A stretch of DNA of 64,000 nucleotides from NCBI GenBank assembly GCA_963665325.3, contig OZ224045.1:1216001-1280000 (forward strand), in the 5' to 3' direction. Both the position numbers and the translations under genes were made by a program. The stretch is from Alphaproteobacteria bacterium (lineage in GTDB: Bacteria > Pseudomonadota > Alphaproteobacteria > Bin95). The notes beneath the pieces were generated by a model that made no database searches, was not told the DNA's origin, and was given only the letters and a program-made list of their open reading frames with translations. Of this stretch, positions 1 through 8,579 are shown piece after piece; the stretch's first letter is position 1, and every line of letters begins with the position of its first letter.

Positions 1-226
1 GCTGCTGGAAAAGGAAGGTCTCGAATTTGTGGTCGACAACGCCGATGAGAACTTCTACGGCGAGGAAGAGCTCGGAGGCGAACGGTATTTCAACGCTGTC
101 TACCCCGACCACGCGGTCGTCGAGGCCTGCGTCGTCTGCCACAATAATCACAAGGACTCTCCCTGCACCGACCTCATGGTCGGTGACGTGATGGGCGGCG
201 TGGTCATCCGCATTGCGATGGATTGA
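1..226 (+). CDS. c-type heme protein, DUF3365/Tll0287-like (5'-partial, runs off window edge)
   Basis: Frame is open from position 2 (LLEKEGLEFVVDNADENF...). CxxCH motif (ACVVCHN) and the C-terminal GDVMGGVVIRI are typical of DUF3365. Confidence 0.7.
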   Translation, partial: LLEKEGLEFVVDNADENFYGEEELGGERYFNAVYPDHAVVEACVVCHNNHKDSPCTDLMVGDVMGGVVIRIAMD

Positions 227-567
227 GCGCATCGCCGGTCCCGCGGCGGCGGCTCACATCAAGCTGTAGGGGTCCACCTCTATCTGGAGGGAGACGTTGG
301 CGGGCAGGGGGCCGGAGTCGAGCCAAGCGCGCAGCACCGGCGGCACCGGACGGTCTGCCAAGTGCCAGCGACAAGAATGAGTCTCAACACTCAGCCGCTG
401 GTATTACGCACCGCTCTGACGAGGAACGCTCCCAACCGCCGTCCGCGTGGCTATCAGGTTGCTGCGCCCAACCGCCGGACTTCAGCAACTAAGTGCAGTT
501 TGTGGCCGTCACCTATAAGGGTGAGGATCACCGCCTCGTGCGAGGACGGCTTGACCGTGAGCGCCCA

Positions 568-3093
568 TCAGAACGAGAGGCTGTAGCGCATCAGCAGAGC
601 GGCCTCGTGCTCGCCCTGGACGTGTCCCGCGTCGCGCGTGACGATACCGGCCAGATGTGCCCGTCCGCCCGACCACGGACGGGAGTAGGCCAACTCCAGA
701 TCCATCTGACGCCCCGAGGGCTCCAGATCCAGAGCGGCTTCCTCGACCGTGACCCGCCCATCGGGGGTGCGGCCGGACACCCACCGGAGCTGCGCATGTC
801 CCGCCTCGACGCGCAGCGGTTGAGACAGTCGGAATCCCAACTGTCCTCCGGCACGATCCAAACTCTCACTGACGAGGCCCAGAGCGAACGAACCGGTCCG
901 GAGCGCCGATGCGTCGCGCACCATGCCATGCCCCCGCATCTCGGCGTGGCTCATGCCCGCGTGGGCGCTGGCGAGCAAAGTCCAACCGGCGCCAAGGGAA
1001 CAATGCGCCGACAGCCCCGCGATGACGGAGTCCGCAGCAATTTCGCCGAACGCCCCACTCGGCCGGCCGCCCACCACGGCCTCGGCTTCCGCGAGCCACC
1101 CCCCCTGCACGGCAAGACCGTGCTCGCCGAATCGGTATTCCGTCAAGAACCCCACGGCTTCGCCGGCATCGGTTTCCCGGCGGTCGCCGTACTGCGCCGT
1201 GCCCCGGAAGGCTGCGATACGCAACGCGCCTGCCTCGCCGCTTGCCGCATAGCCGATGCTGGCGCCGTTGCGGGCGAATCCGAGGAACGGATTGGCGAAC
1301 GCGCCGTCGTCGGTGAACATGCCCGGTTCGATCGACCCGAATCCTTCATCCGCCTCGCCGTCGCCGGCATGGAGCCCGAACTGCAAACCGGGGTGGACGC
1401 GGTATCCGAACAGCATCTTTCCGCTGCCGATGCCTTGCGCGAGCGACAGCGAACCGAGCGAGCCGGAAACGTCCTCCTCACTGCGGAGGGCCGATCCGTG
1501 GACATCACCGAAGCCATGCGAAGTCGCCGCAGCATCGAGGCGCAGCCGGAACTCGGCGTCCTCCATACGCCACCGCGTGCCGCTTGGATCGCGCCCCAGC
1601 ATTCCGAGACGCCGTTCGAGCCCGAGCACGGCGAACGCGTGGGGCCGAAGGTGGTCGCCGAGCGGGCGGAAGAACGGCGCGTCCAGGTCGTCGAAGCTCG
1701 CGACCTCCTGCGAGGCGAGCCCCCGCGCCAGGGAATCCCCGAACGCTCCACCCAGGTGGAATACGCTGGCGGTGCTCGGCGCCGACGGACCGGAGAGCGA
1801 GCGACCGGTCAGCATCCGCGTCCCGCTCACCGGCCGGGTCGCGGCGTCGAGGTCGAGGAAACCCCGGCCGTAGACATCGGAGTCCGCGTACTCGCCGGTG
1901 CTGTCGGCGGTCGCGAGCATGCGCTCGACGATCTCGTCGCTGCCGAGCTGGTTGCGATAGTGCTGCGCGAGCAGCCCAATCCCGCCAGTGACGAACGGTG
2001 CGGCGGACGACGTCCCGGACTCTTCCAGGGAGAGATAGCACTCCGCAGTGCCGTCGGGGCAGTAGAAGCGCGGCACGGGTCCGGTGACGTCCACCCCCGG
2101 CGCGGCCAGGCAGAACGCCCTCGCAATCCCGCAGCGGCTGGAGAACCCCGCGATCCGGCCCTGCCGGTCGGTCGCCACCACCGCGAGCGAGTGACCGCGA
2201 AGCTCCGGAATCCGTACCGGCAGTCCGGCCGTGATATCGACCGACGTGGCCGATTCCTCGGAACCGTCGAGACTGACCTCCCCGTTCGAATTGCCGGCCG
2301 CCCAGACGTAGATCGTGCGGGCGCCGGCCGGCGTATCGGCCTGGGCGATGGCATCGATCACGTTGGGGAAGCGCGCGCGCAACGCTTCTTCGTCGAAGTT
2401 CTCGATGTTCCCGGGCAGGCCGAAGCTCGCATTGACCGCGGTCGTTCTGCCGTTCAACCGCTCGAAGGCCGATGCGAAGTGCTGCTCGAGATCGGATTCA
2501 ATGTCGCGGATCAGGTTCGGAAGATCGCGGATCTGCTCGGGGGTGGGGTTGTCGTCGAGGAGGTCCTCGATGATTTCGCCCACGTCGCGGAAGCCCACCG
2601 AGATCACGTCGGCGTCAAAGGCGACCCCGTGGATGGCCGCCGCACTGCCTGCGCCCGCGTCGGGCGTCGCACGGCGGCCCGCCGCCATGATGCCCGCGAC
2701 GTAGGTTCCGTGTCCGATCAGGCTGAGACAGGCGCCGTCGGAGGCGCGGTGGTCGCAGGTGTCGAAGTCGGGGTCGTAGCCCTCGACGTTGCTCGATTCG
2801 AGCTTGTCCTCGAACTTCGGATGGTTCGGGTCGACCCCGCTGTCGACGATACCGAGCGTGACCCCCTCGCCGGTCGCACCGCGCGCGTAGGCGTAGTGCG
2901 CCTTGATCCGGGTCAAGCCATACTGATTCTGGAATTCCGGGTGCGCGGCATACGCGCGCCGCCGCTTCTCTTCGGACCTCGGGGGCTCGGGCAAAACGGG
3001 AGGCGCAGTGGACATGCTCCCGGACCCGACGCAACCCGTCACGACGAGCGCCAGTCCGACCGCAAGTGCTCCGCGCTTCGACATCCGGCCCAT
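568..3093 (-). CDS. S8 (subtilisin-like) serine protease with lipoprotein-like signal and probable C-terminal beta-barrel
   Basis: Catalytic triad motifs IVDSGVD, GHGTYVAG and SGTSSAAP; oxyanion motif AAGN; lipobox-like LVVTGC; ends in YSLSF. Start is probably 3093 or 3084 rather than 3213. Confidence 0.85.
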   Translation of the reverse strand: MGRMSKRGALAVGLALVVTGCVGSGSMSTAPPVLPEPPRSEEKRRRAYAAHPEFQNQYGLTRIKAHYAYARGATGEGVTLGIVDSGVDPNHPKFEDKLESSNVEGYDPDFDTCDHRASDGACLSLIGHGTYVAGIMAAGRRATPDAGAGSAAAIHGVAFDADVISVGFRDVGEIIEDLLDDNPTPEQIRDLPNLIRDIESDLEQHFASAFERLNGRTTAVNASFGLPGNIENFDEEALRARFPNVIDAIAQADTPAGARTIYVWAAGNSNGEVSLDGSEESATSVDITAGLPVRIPELRGHSLAVVATDRQGRIAGFSSRCGIARAFCLAAPGVDVTGPVPRFYCPDGTAECYLSLEESGTSSAAPFVTGGIGLLAQHYRNQLGSDEIVERMLATADSTGEYADSDVYGRGFLDLDAATRPVSGTRMLTGRSLSGPSAPSTASVFHLGGAFGDSLARGLASQEVASFDDLDAPFFRPLGDHLRPHAFAVLGLERRLGMLGRDPSGTRWRMEDAEFRLRLDAAATSHGFGDVHGSALRSEEDVSGSLGSLSLAQGIGSGKMLFGYRVHPGLQFGLHAGDGEADEGFGSIEPGMFTDDGAFANPFLGFARNGASIGYAASGEAGALRIAAFRGTAQYGDRRETDAGEAVGFLTEYRFGEHGLAVQGGWLAEAEAVVGGRPSGAFGEIAADSVIAGLSAHCSLGAGWTLLASAHAGMSHAEMRGHGMVRDASALRTGSFALGLVSESLDRAGGQLGFRLSQPLRVEAGHAQLRWVSGRTPDGRVTVEEAALDLEPSGRQMDLELAYSRPWSGGRAHLAGIVTRDAGHVQGEHEAALLMRYSLSF

Positions 3094-3421
3094 TCCAATA
3101 CCGAGCGATGCGCTCCGCTCCGATGGTACGGTCTGCGCATGGTCCCGGAAATCGATAAGGGTTCCAAGGGTGCTCGTCGAGCAGTCCGATCCGAGTCCGA
3201 GGAGCTTCACCAATCAGGCGCGCTCAAGCGCCGCGCTGGCTTGAGCCCTCCGGGGCAGGATGGCGCCATGGTCGCGACGGTGACGAATATCGGCCCTCCA
3301 CTCATCACGCCCCCCGGGACACTTGTTTGATCGAGAAGGTCAAGATCCAGTATGTTCGATTATACGACCTGCGCCATATGGCCGGCCCTGCCGGGCGTTG
3401 CTTGCCCGGCCCGGGCATCGT

Positions 3422-3712
3422 TCAGGATGGGCCGCCGGCGTTGACGGCATCCTTCAGCGTCCTGCCGGGCTTGAATGCCGGGACCGTCGAGGGGCCGATT
3501 TCCAGGGTCTCGCCTGTCCGGGGATTGCGCGCCGTGCGCGCGGGACGCTGTCTGGTCACGAAGACGCCGAAGCCGAAGATGCGCACTTCGTCGCCCCTGG
3601 CGAGCGCCTCGCCGATCTCGGCGAACACGCCGTCCACGGCCTCCACGGCGGCGGGCTTGCCCATCCCGGTTCGGGCCGCCAGACCGTCGGCCAACTGCCT
3701 CTTGTTCATCAT
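3422..3712 (-). CDS. hup: HU family DNA-binding protein
   Basis: MNKRQL...VRIFGFGVF...ARTARNPRTGE...VPAFKPGRTLKDAVN, the HU/IHF signature. Confidence 0.92.
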   Translation of the reverse strand: MMNKRQLADGLAARTGMGKPAAVEAVDGVFAEIGEALARGDEVRIFGFGVFVTRQRPARTARNPRTGETLEIGPSTVPAFKPGRTLKDAVNAGGPS

Positions 3713-3913
3713 CTAGGTTCCTCTCCGGCCCCGCGGCCGCGTTTCCTCATTATCGGCGTTCGACTAACACGAATTGCACCCGCACGCGATCTTCGGCAGT
3801 CCCGAATTCGGCGACCTGTCATGGATCGGTGCGGGCCGGCGTTTACGGGCGGCAGGGGGAAGGCATCTGCTTCCCGGCTGCCGGTTCCAGGCGGCGGGCC
3901 CGCCCGGTGCCGT

Positions 3914-5293
3914 TCACCCGAGCGGTTTGCCCTCGTCCTCGAAATACTGGCGCGTCACCTTGAAGACCATGGGCGCGAGGAGCAAGAGCCCGATCAGATT
4001 CGGTACCGCCATGAGACCGTTGAGCGTGTCGGCTAGGTTCCAGACGAGATCGACCTTCACGTTCGCGAACGCGAGCGCCGCCAGCACCCACAGGCCGCGA
4101 TAGATGAACAGGCTTTTCTCCTTGAACAGGTATTGCCAGCATCGCTCGCCGTAATAGGACCAGCCGAGGATCGTCGTGAACGCGAAGATCGCGAGCGCAA
4201 CGGTGACGATGTATTGACCGCCGGTCATCGATACCTCAAAGCCGGTCGAGGTCAGCACCGCTCCGGTCAGCCCGCCGCCGTCCGCGCCGGTCATGACCCA
4301 GGCGCCCGACGTCAGGATCACAAGCGCGGTCATCGTGCAGACCACGATGGTGTCGATGAAGGTGCCGAGCATCGCGATGACGCCCTGGCGGACCGGGCTG
4401 CTGGTCTGAGCAGCCGCGTGGGCTATCGCTGCCGAACCCAGCCCGGATTCGTTCGAGAAGACGCCGCGCGCGATCCCGAAACGGATGGCCGCCGCCACCG
4501 CCGCGCCAGCAAAGCCGCCCGTCGCGGCGGTCGGCGTGAACGCGTGGGTGAAGATCAGGGCGATCGCATCGGGGATCGCCGCGATGTTGATCGCCAGGAT
4601 CACCAGCGCGGCGCCGAGGTAGAGCACGATCATCGTCGGCACCAGCCGTCCGGCCACCTCGCCGATGCGGCGGATACCGCCGATCACCACGACGCCCACC
4701 AGAGCCGCGACAACCACGCCGGTTGCCCACTCCGGTATGCCGAAGCTGTTCTCCAGCGCGGCGCCCATCGAGTTGACCTGCACCGCGTTGCCGATGCCGA
4801 ATGCCGCCACGGCGCCGAAGACCGCGAACGCCAGCCCCAGCCATTTGCCGAGTTCGGGCGCGAACTCGCCGACGCCGTTGCGCAGATAGTACATCGGCCC
4901 GCCGACATACTTGCCGGTCGCGTCCACCTCGCGATATGTGACCGCGCAGACGGCTTCGGCGTATTTGGTCGCCATGCCGAACAGCGCGATAAGCCACATG
5001 TAGAAGATGGCACCCGGTCCGCCGAGTGCGATCGCGGTCGCGACCCCGGCGATGTTTCCGGTACCGACCGTAGCCGACAGCGCCGTCATCAGCGCGTTGA
5101 AGGGCTTCACCTCGCCCTCGCCGGTCGCGCCCTGCTTGTCGAACAGAAGCCGGAAGCCGTAACCCACCTTGCGCCACGGCATGAAGACGAGGCCGAGGGT
5201 CAACAGCACTCCGGTGACGCCCAGAATGCCGAGCATGGGAGGCCCCCAGGCAAAGGCGTTTACCGCACCGACGATGGTGTTGAGCCTGTCCAT
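3914..5293 (-). CDS. alsT: Alanine/glycine:cation symporter (AGCS family)
   Basis: ATVGTGNIAGVATAIALGGPGAIFYMW, GGPMYYL and RGVFSNESGLGS motifs; many TM segments; GGAGG RBS. Confidence 0.93.
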   Translation of the reverse strand: MDRLNTIVGAVNAFAWGPPMLGILGVTGVLLTLGLVFMPWRKVGYGFRLLFDKQGATGEGEVKPFNALMTALSATVGTGNIAGVATAIALGGPGAIFYMWLIALFGMATKYAEAVCAVTYREVDATGKYVGGPMYYLRNGVGEFAPELGKWLGLAFAVFGAVAAFGIGNAVQVNSMGAALENSFGIPEWATGVVVAALVGVVVIGGIRRIGEVAGRLVPTMIVLYLGAALVILAINIAAIPDAIALIFTHAFTPTAATGGFAGAAVAAAIRFGIARGVFSNESGLGSAAIAHAAAQTSSPVRQGVIAMLGTFIDTIVVCTMTALVILTSGAWVMTGADGGGLTGAVLTSTGFEVSMTGGQYIVTVALAIFAFTTILGWSYYGERCWQYLFKEKSLFIYRGLWVLAALAFANVKVDLVWNLADTLNGLMAVPNLIGLLLLAPMVFKVTRQYFEDEGKPLG

Positions 5294-5401
5294 GGCCGTC
5301 CTCCAGCCTCTTCGCAGTGCCGGCCTGTCCCCATGCGGCCGATCCGATGCGAACCTGAATCCTCATATCAGACTGCGGCAGGGCTGACTACAAGGTGTCG
5401 G

Positions 5402-5488
5402 AAGAGCCTGGAAGCGGGAGAGGGCGTGAACTTCCGGGTCGAAGAGCGCCCGCGCCGCCTTCAGGTCAACGATATCGCGCCGATCTGA
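5402..5488 (+). pseudogene. 3' remnant of a cold-shock-domain gene
   Basis: KSLEAGEGVNFRVEERPRRLQVNDIAPI* resembles the end of the 37574-38335 product (DLQPGQRVFVRAESVPRGLQATEIEPV*). Confidence 0.45.
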
Positions 5489-5576
5489 GGCCGCCGGCGG
5501 CCGGAGCGGTGCGGGCACATTCCGTCGATCCCGGAAACGCGGCTTGCGGCGGGCCGGGTTGTCGGCGGCACGTCCC

Positions 5577-6017
5577 TCAGGGCAGCTCGCCCTCCGGGCG
5601 GGGCTCCGGCCCGGATGTCCCGGACTTCTCCGGCGCCAAGGCCGCGGCGACCCGCTTCGCAGCCGCTTCGCCGACCGCAGGTGCCAGAACCGCGCACAAC
5701 TCCGCTGCCCGGCCCGAAGCGGCAAGCTCGCCCGCCCAGGCGGCAAACAGCACCGCAAGCCGCTCATGCAGCCCGGAGCGCAAAATGCTGCGACCGCTCT
5801 TCCCGGCCAGAAAGGGCCGCAGATGGCGCACGGCCTCCAGCAGGCCGCGTTCGCCCTCGACCCTCAGGCCCCCCGCCTCCGCCAGCGCCGCGTCCACAAG
5901 ATAGCGCGAGATCGACTTCCCCTGCCCCTGCGCCCGCTCTTCCGCCAGCGCCCATTCCTCATCCGTCGCCGAGATTGAAAGCCGCACGAGCGCCGAACCG
6001 GGCAGCGGGCGGCTCAT
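5577..6017 (-). CDS. RHH/MobC-like relaxosome accessory protein
   Basis: VRLSISATDEEWALAEERAQGQGKSISRYLVDAAL is an RHH pattern; ATGA overlap with the upstream gene; similar to 53888-54337. Confidence 0.65.
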   Translation of the reverse strand: MSRPLPGSALVRLSISATDEEWALAEERAQGQGKSISRYLVDAALAEAGGLRVEGERGLLEAVRHLRPFLAGKSGRSILRSGLHERLAVLFAAWAGELAASGRAAELCAVLAPAVGEAAAKRVAAALAPEKSGTSGPEPRPEGELP

Positions 6018-6310
6018 CTCCCGCCGTCCTTCGCCGCCGCTTCTTCCGGGCTGCCTTCGTCGGCCACGGCGCCGCGTATCACGTCCGCGAAACCGATCAG
6101 CCGGCGGACCCCGTCATGCAGTTCGGCCCGTTCCGCCTCCGACAGGCGGGGAGCCTCTCCCTTGCCGCCGCCGTCCCCCAGCGCCCGCTCCAGCACGAAG
6201 GAGGAAACCGACACTCCCGCCGCTGCCGCCCGCTCGCCGAGCGCATCCCGCTCCCCTGGGCTGCAATACACGCTGCGGGGACGTTTCGCAGTCTCGGCTC
6301 TTCTCCGCAT
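6014..6310 (-). CDS. RHH/MobC-like relaxosome accessory protein
   Basis: RSVYCSPGERDALGERAAAAGVSVSSFVLERAL; GGAGGA RBS before the ATG at 6310; similar to 54334-54663. Confidence 0.7.
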   Translation of the reverse strand: MRRRAETAKRPRSVYCSPGERDALGERAAAAGVSVSSFVLERALGDGGGKGEAPRLSEAERAELHDGVRRLIGFADVIRGAVADEGSPEEAAAKDGGR

Positions 6311-6414
6311 GCCACAGTCCTCCAGTATAGGCTCCGCGCTCTGCGACGGCTTCCCTTGCGGCGTCCTCACTGCGCCACTACCCTCCGGCCCGGACAGCCG
6401 GCCGCATCCCGACC

Positions 6415-6466
6415 CTTATGGCGTAACAGCATAAGATCACCGTTCTTATGGTGCAACGACGTAAGA
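6415..6466. promoter_or_regulatory. Two tandem imperfect palindromes, candidate RHH operator or oriT subsite
   Basis: CTTATGGCGTAACAGCATAAGA (6415-6436) and CTTATGGTGCAACGACGTAAGA (6445-6466), 30-bp period, upstream of the RHH pair. Confidence 0.45.
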
Positions 6467-6903
6467 CATTACGGTGCGGCAACACAAGCATGAACGAGGC
6501 GTGCAAGCCGGACGAGACTGTAGCGTGTCGGTTCCATGTCGAGCGCTACTGACCCGACTGTCCCAAACCCGAAGACCCGGGTTTCGCCATCGGGACCATG
6601 TTAAGCTGGCCGCTATGGCAACGCGGGCGGACGGACCCGGCGCCGCGCTGGGACGACGGCACCCCGCAATAGACCCGGCGCAGCTGCAGGCTCCGGAATT
6701 CAGGCAAAGCGAGCATACGGACCTGTTGCGATGTTGGCGCATTGGCTATAACTGCGCGCTCGAGATATTGCGCGCATTGATGTTCCCGACCGGGCGCCGC
6801 GCCGTTTCCAGCGGATTGCGCCTCACAGCATGATGCCGTGTCCGGGCACGTTGTCGCCCCGGCGTTTCCTGTCCAGACCGTTGTACCGGTTACAGGCGAG
6901 TAA

Positions 6904-7167
6904 CTAGCCCGTCCGCGCCTCCACGATAACGCGGCCTCGCCCGCGCCGGACAACATATCCGCCGCGCCGGATCATGAGCTTGCCATCCTGAATGAGGTCC
7001 CATAACGCATCGCGGATAACCTCCGCGTTCGCGTCGGTCTCCGGTGCTTCGACTGCCTGGTCGAGCCATTTTGCAAACGCCTCGTCGGCAATGGTCCGGC
7101 CTAACGACTTGCGAAGGGCATTGAGCGTTCGAAGCTGACCCTTCTTCAGGTTCGTCTCGTCGATCAT
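6904..7167 (-). CDS. Small basic hypothetical protein (about 87 aa)
   Basis: MIDETNLKKGQLRTLNALRKSLG...IRRGGYVVRRGRGRVIVE; purine-rich RBS; divergent from 7566. Confidence 0.6.
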   Translation of the reverse strand: MIDETNLKKGQLRTLNALRKSLGRTIADEAFAKWLDQAVEAPETDANAEVIRDALWDLIQDGKLMIRRGGYVVRRGRGRVIVEARTG

Positions 7168-7327
7168 CAGGCGATGTCCTTCCCTGTTCCCATATTGAGC
7201 ACGCACCGCAATAGCAGACATCGCGAAGAATACACAACGATATATCCGTGTTCGGAACTTGCGGCTCGCATGTCATAAGGCATGTGTCGGGTTGCTTTCG
7301 GGCACCGGGTTTTCTTTGAACGACTTT

Positions 7328-7588
7328 TCGTATTCATGTCTCTTGAGAATGTCGTTGCGGCCTGTCATGTTTTCCCCGGAAACAGGGTTTCGTCAGCCGC
7401 AGTCGGATTGCGGCCCGCTCCCTCAATGCAGGGAGACCAGGTGCGGCTGGATCGCATGATTGCGAAGCCCGCCTGAGCGCATGGCGGAGGGCGTTCGGCG
7501 CATTCCGCTCCGTGCGTGGTGACCGATGCCGCGGGGGAGGCGTGGCGGACAAGGAGGCGATATCGATGGAGGGCCGCGAAATGGATGT
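7328..7588 (+). repeat. About 260-bp dispersed repeat, copy 1 (hairpin-rich leader + RBS + first codons)
   Basis: Reverse complement of 28101-28360. Near-identical core TCTTGAGAATGTCGTTGCGGCCTGTCATG...CTCCCTCRATGCAGGGAGACC and shared GCGGACAAGGAGGCGATATCGATGGAGGGCCGCGAAATGGATGT. Confidence 0.9.
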
Positions 7589-8537
7589 CCGGGATTCCGA
7601 ACGCAGGCGCGCTGCAAATGCCGCGCTGACGGAGATTATCGAAGAGGTTTGCCGCCATTACGCGCCTTCGGGTGCGAGGGTCGAGGATTGTTGGGAGGTT
7701 CGGGACGCCGGTGACCGAGTTGCGCTGCGTGTCTTTCTCGCCGGCCCGATGCAGGGCTCGTGGACTGAAGCGGCTGCTGGCGCGCGGGGCGACGCGCTCG
7801 ATCTCGTGGCGCGGCTCAGCGGTCTGGACGCCGCCGGCGCGCTGGCGGAGGCAGAACGGTTCCTGAGTCGGCAGTCGATGGAACCGGACCGGAAAGCCGG
7901 AGACGCGGGCGGCGACCAGATGGCGCTGTTCGGACCCTTGCCGGAGAGTCACGAACGCAAGCGGCCGGCGCGGCGGTCCGCCAGGGGCCGCAACGCAGGG
8001 GCATCGCGGCGGGCGACAACGCAGCATGACCCGCCGCCCGGCGACGCGGTTCCCCCCTCCGGTGACGAACCGGCGGGCACTGACGAAGCTGCGTCCGGTT
8101 CGCAGTCATCGCCAGACGCACCTGAGCCCGAAGGCGGCAAGGCGGGGCCGGCTCCGGCGGCCCGTTCCAGCGGCGCGGCGCTGGGTCCCGGCGGGTCCGG
8201 ACATCCGGTGCCGGACCCGGACGGCATCGGGTTCACCGCCGATGACCGTCAGCTTCTGCGAAGGTCGGTCGAGGACGCCGCCTGGACTAGGTCCCACATG
8301 ACGGTTCGGGAGCGGGATGTCGAGGCGCATGAGCGCGCAAAGGCGCGCAAGGACGGACATGACCGGCGGCGGCGCGGGACCCGGACGATCGCCGCCTCAT
8401 GCGGGGTGCTTGCGGTTGCGCTTCCGCTGCTGGGCGTGGCGGCGGAGGAACGCTATGGCGTCATGGACCGGGCAGCCCTGCTTGTGGCGTCTCTGGACGA
8501 TTACGCGCGAACGGCGTGGCAGCCGGATGAGGGCTGA
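7566..8537 (+). CDS. Relaxase-associated protein: primase-N-terminal-like domain, disordered linker, C-terminal TM helix
   Basis: EVCRHYAPSG...GSWTEAAAGARGDALDLVA...ALAEAERFL resembles the N-terminus of alphaproteobacterial plasmid Toprim primases, but no Toprim domain follows; AAGGAGG RBS. Confidence 0.6.
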   Translation: MEGREMDVRDSERRRAANAALTEIIEEVCRHYAPSGARVEDCWEVRDAGDRVALRVFLAGPMQGSWTEAAAGARGDALDLVARLSGLDAAGALAEAERFLSRQSMEPDRKAGDAGGDQMALFGPLPESHERKRPARRSARGRNAGASRRATTQHDPPPGDAVPPSGDEPAGTDEAASGSQSSPDAPEPEGGKAGPAPAARSSGAALGPGGSGHPVPDPDGIGFTADDRQLLRRSVEDAAWTRSHMTVRERDVEAHERAKARKDGHDRRRRGTRTIAASCGVLAVALPLLGVAAEERYGVMDRAALLVASLDDYARTAWQPDEG

Positions 8538-8579
8538 GAAGGGTCCGGCGACCGCCGATCGCCGATCGCGGGTCCGACG

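Noticed and set aside
260-300. GGTCCACCT similar to the IS3 end at 25737
   Set aside because: Only 9 bp match, with no TG terminus pattern or transposase nearby.
493-3330. 945-aa + strand ORF, and similar long ORFs at 20310-23732, 23381-25363, 32585-34792, 34905-37505 and 40947-45929
   Set aside because: Antisense shadows of well-supported genes in GC-rich DNA; no motifs of their own.
5294-5400. Glycine riboswitch expected upstream of alsT
   Set aside because: No recognisable aptamer; the leader is short and seems cut by the island.
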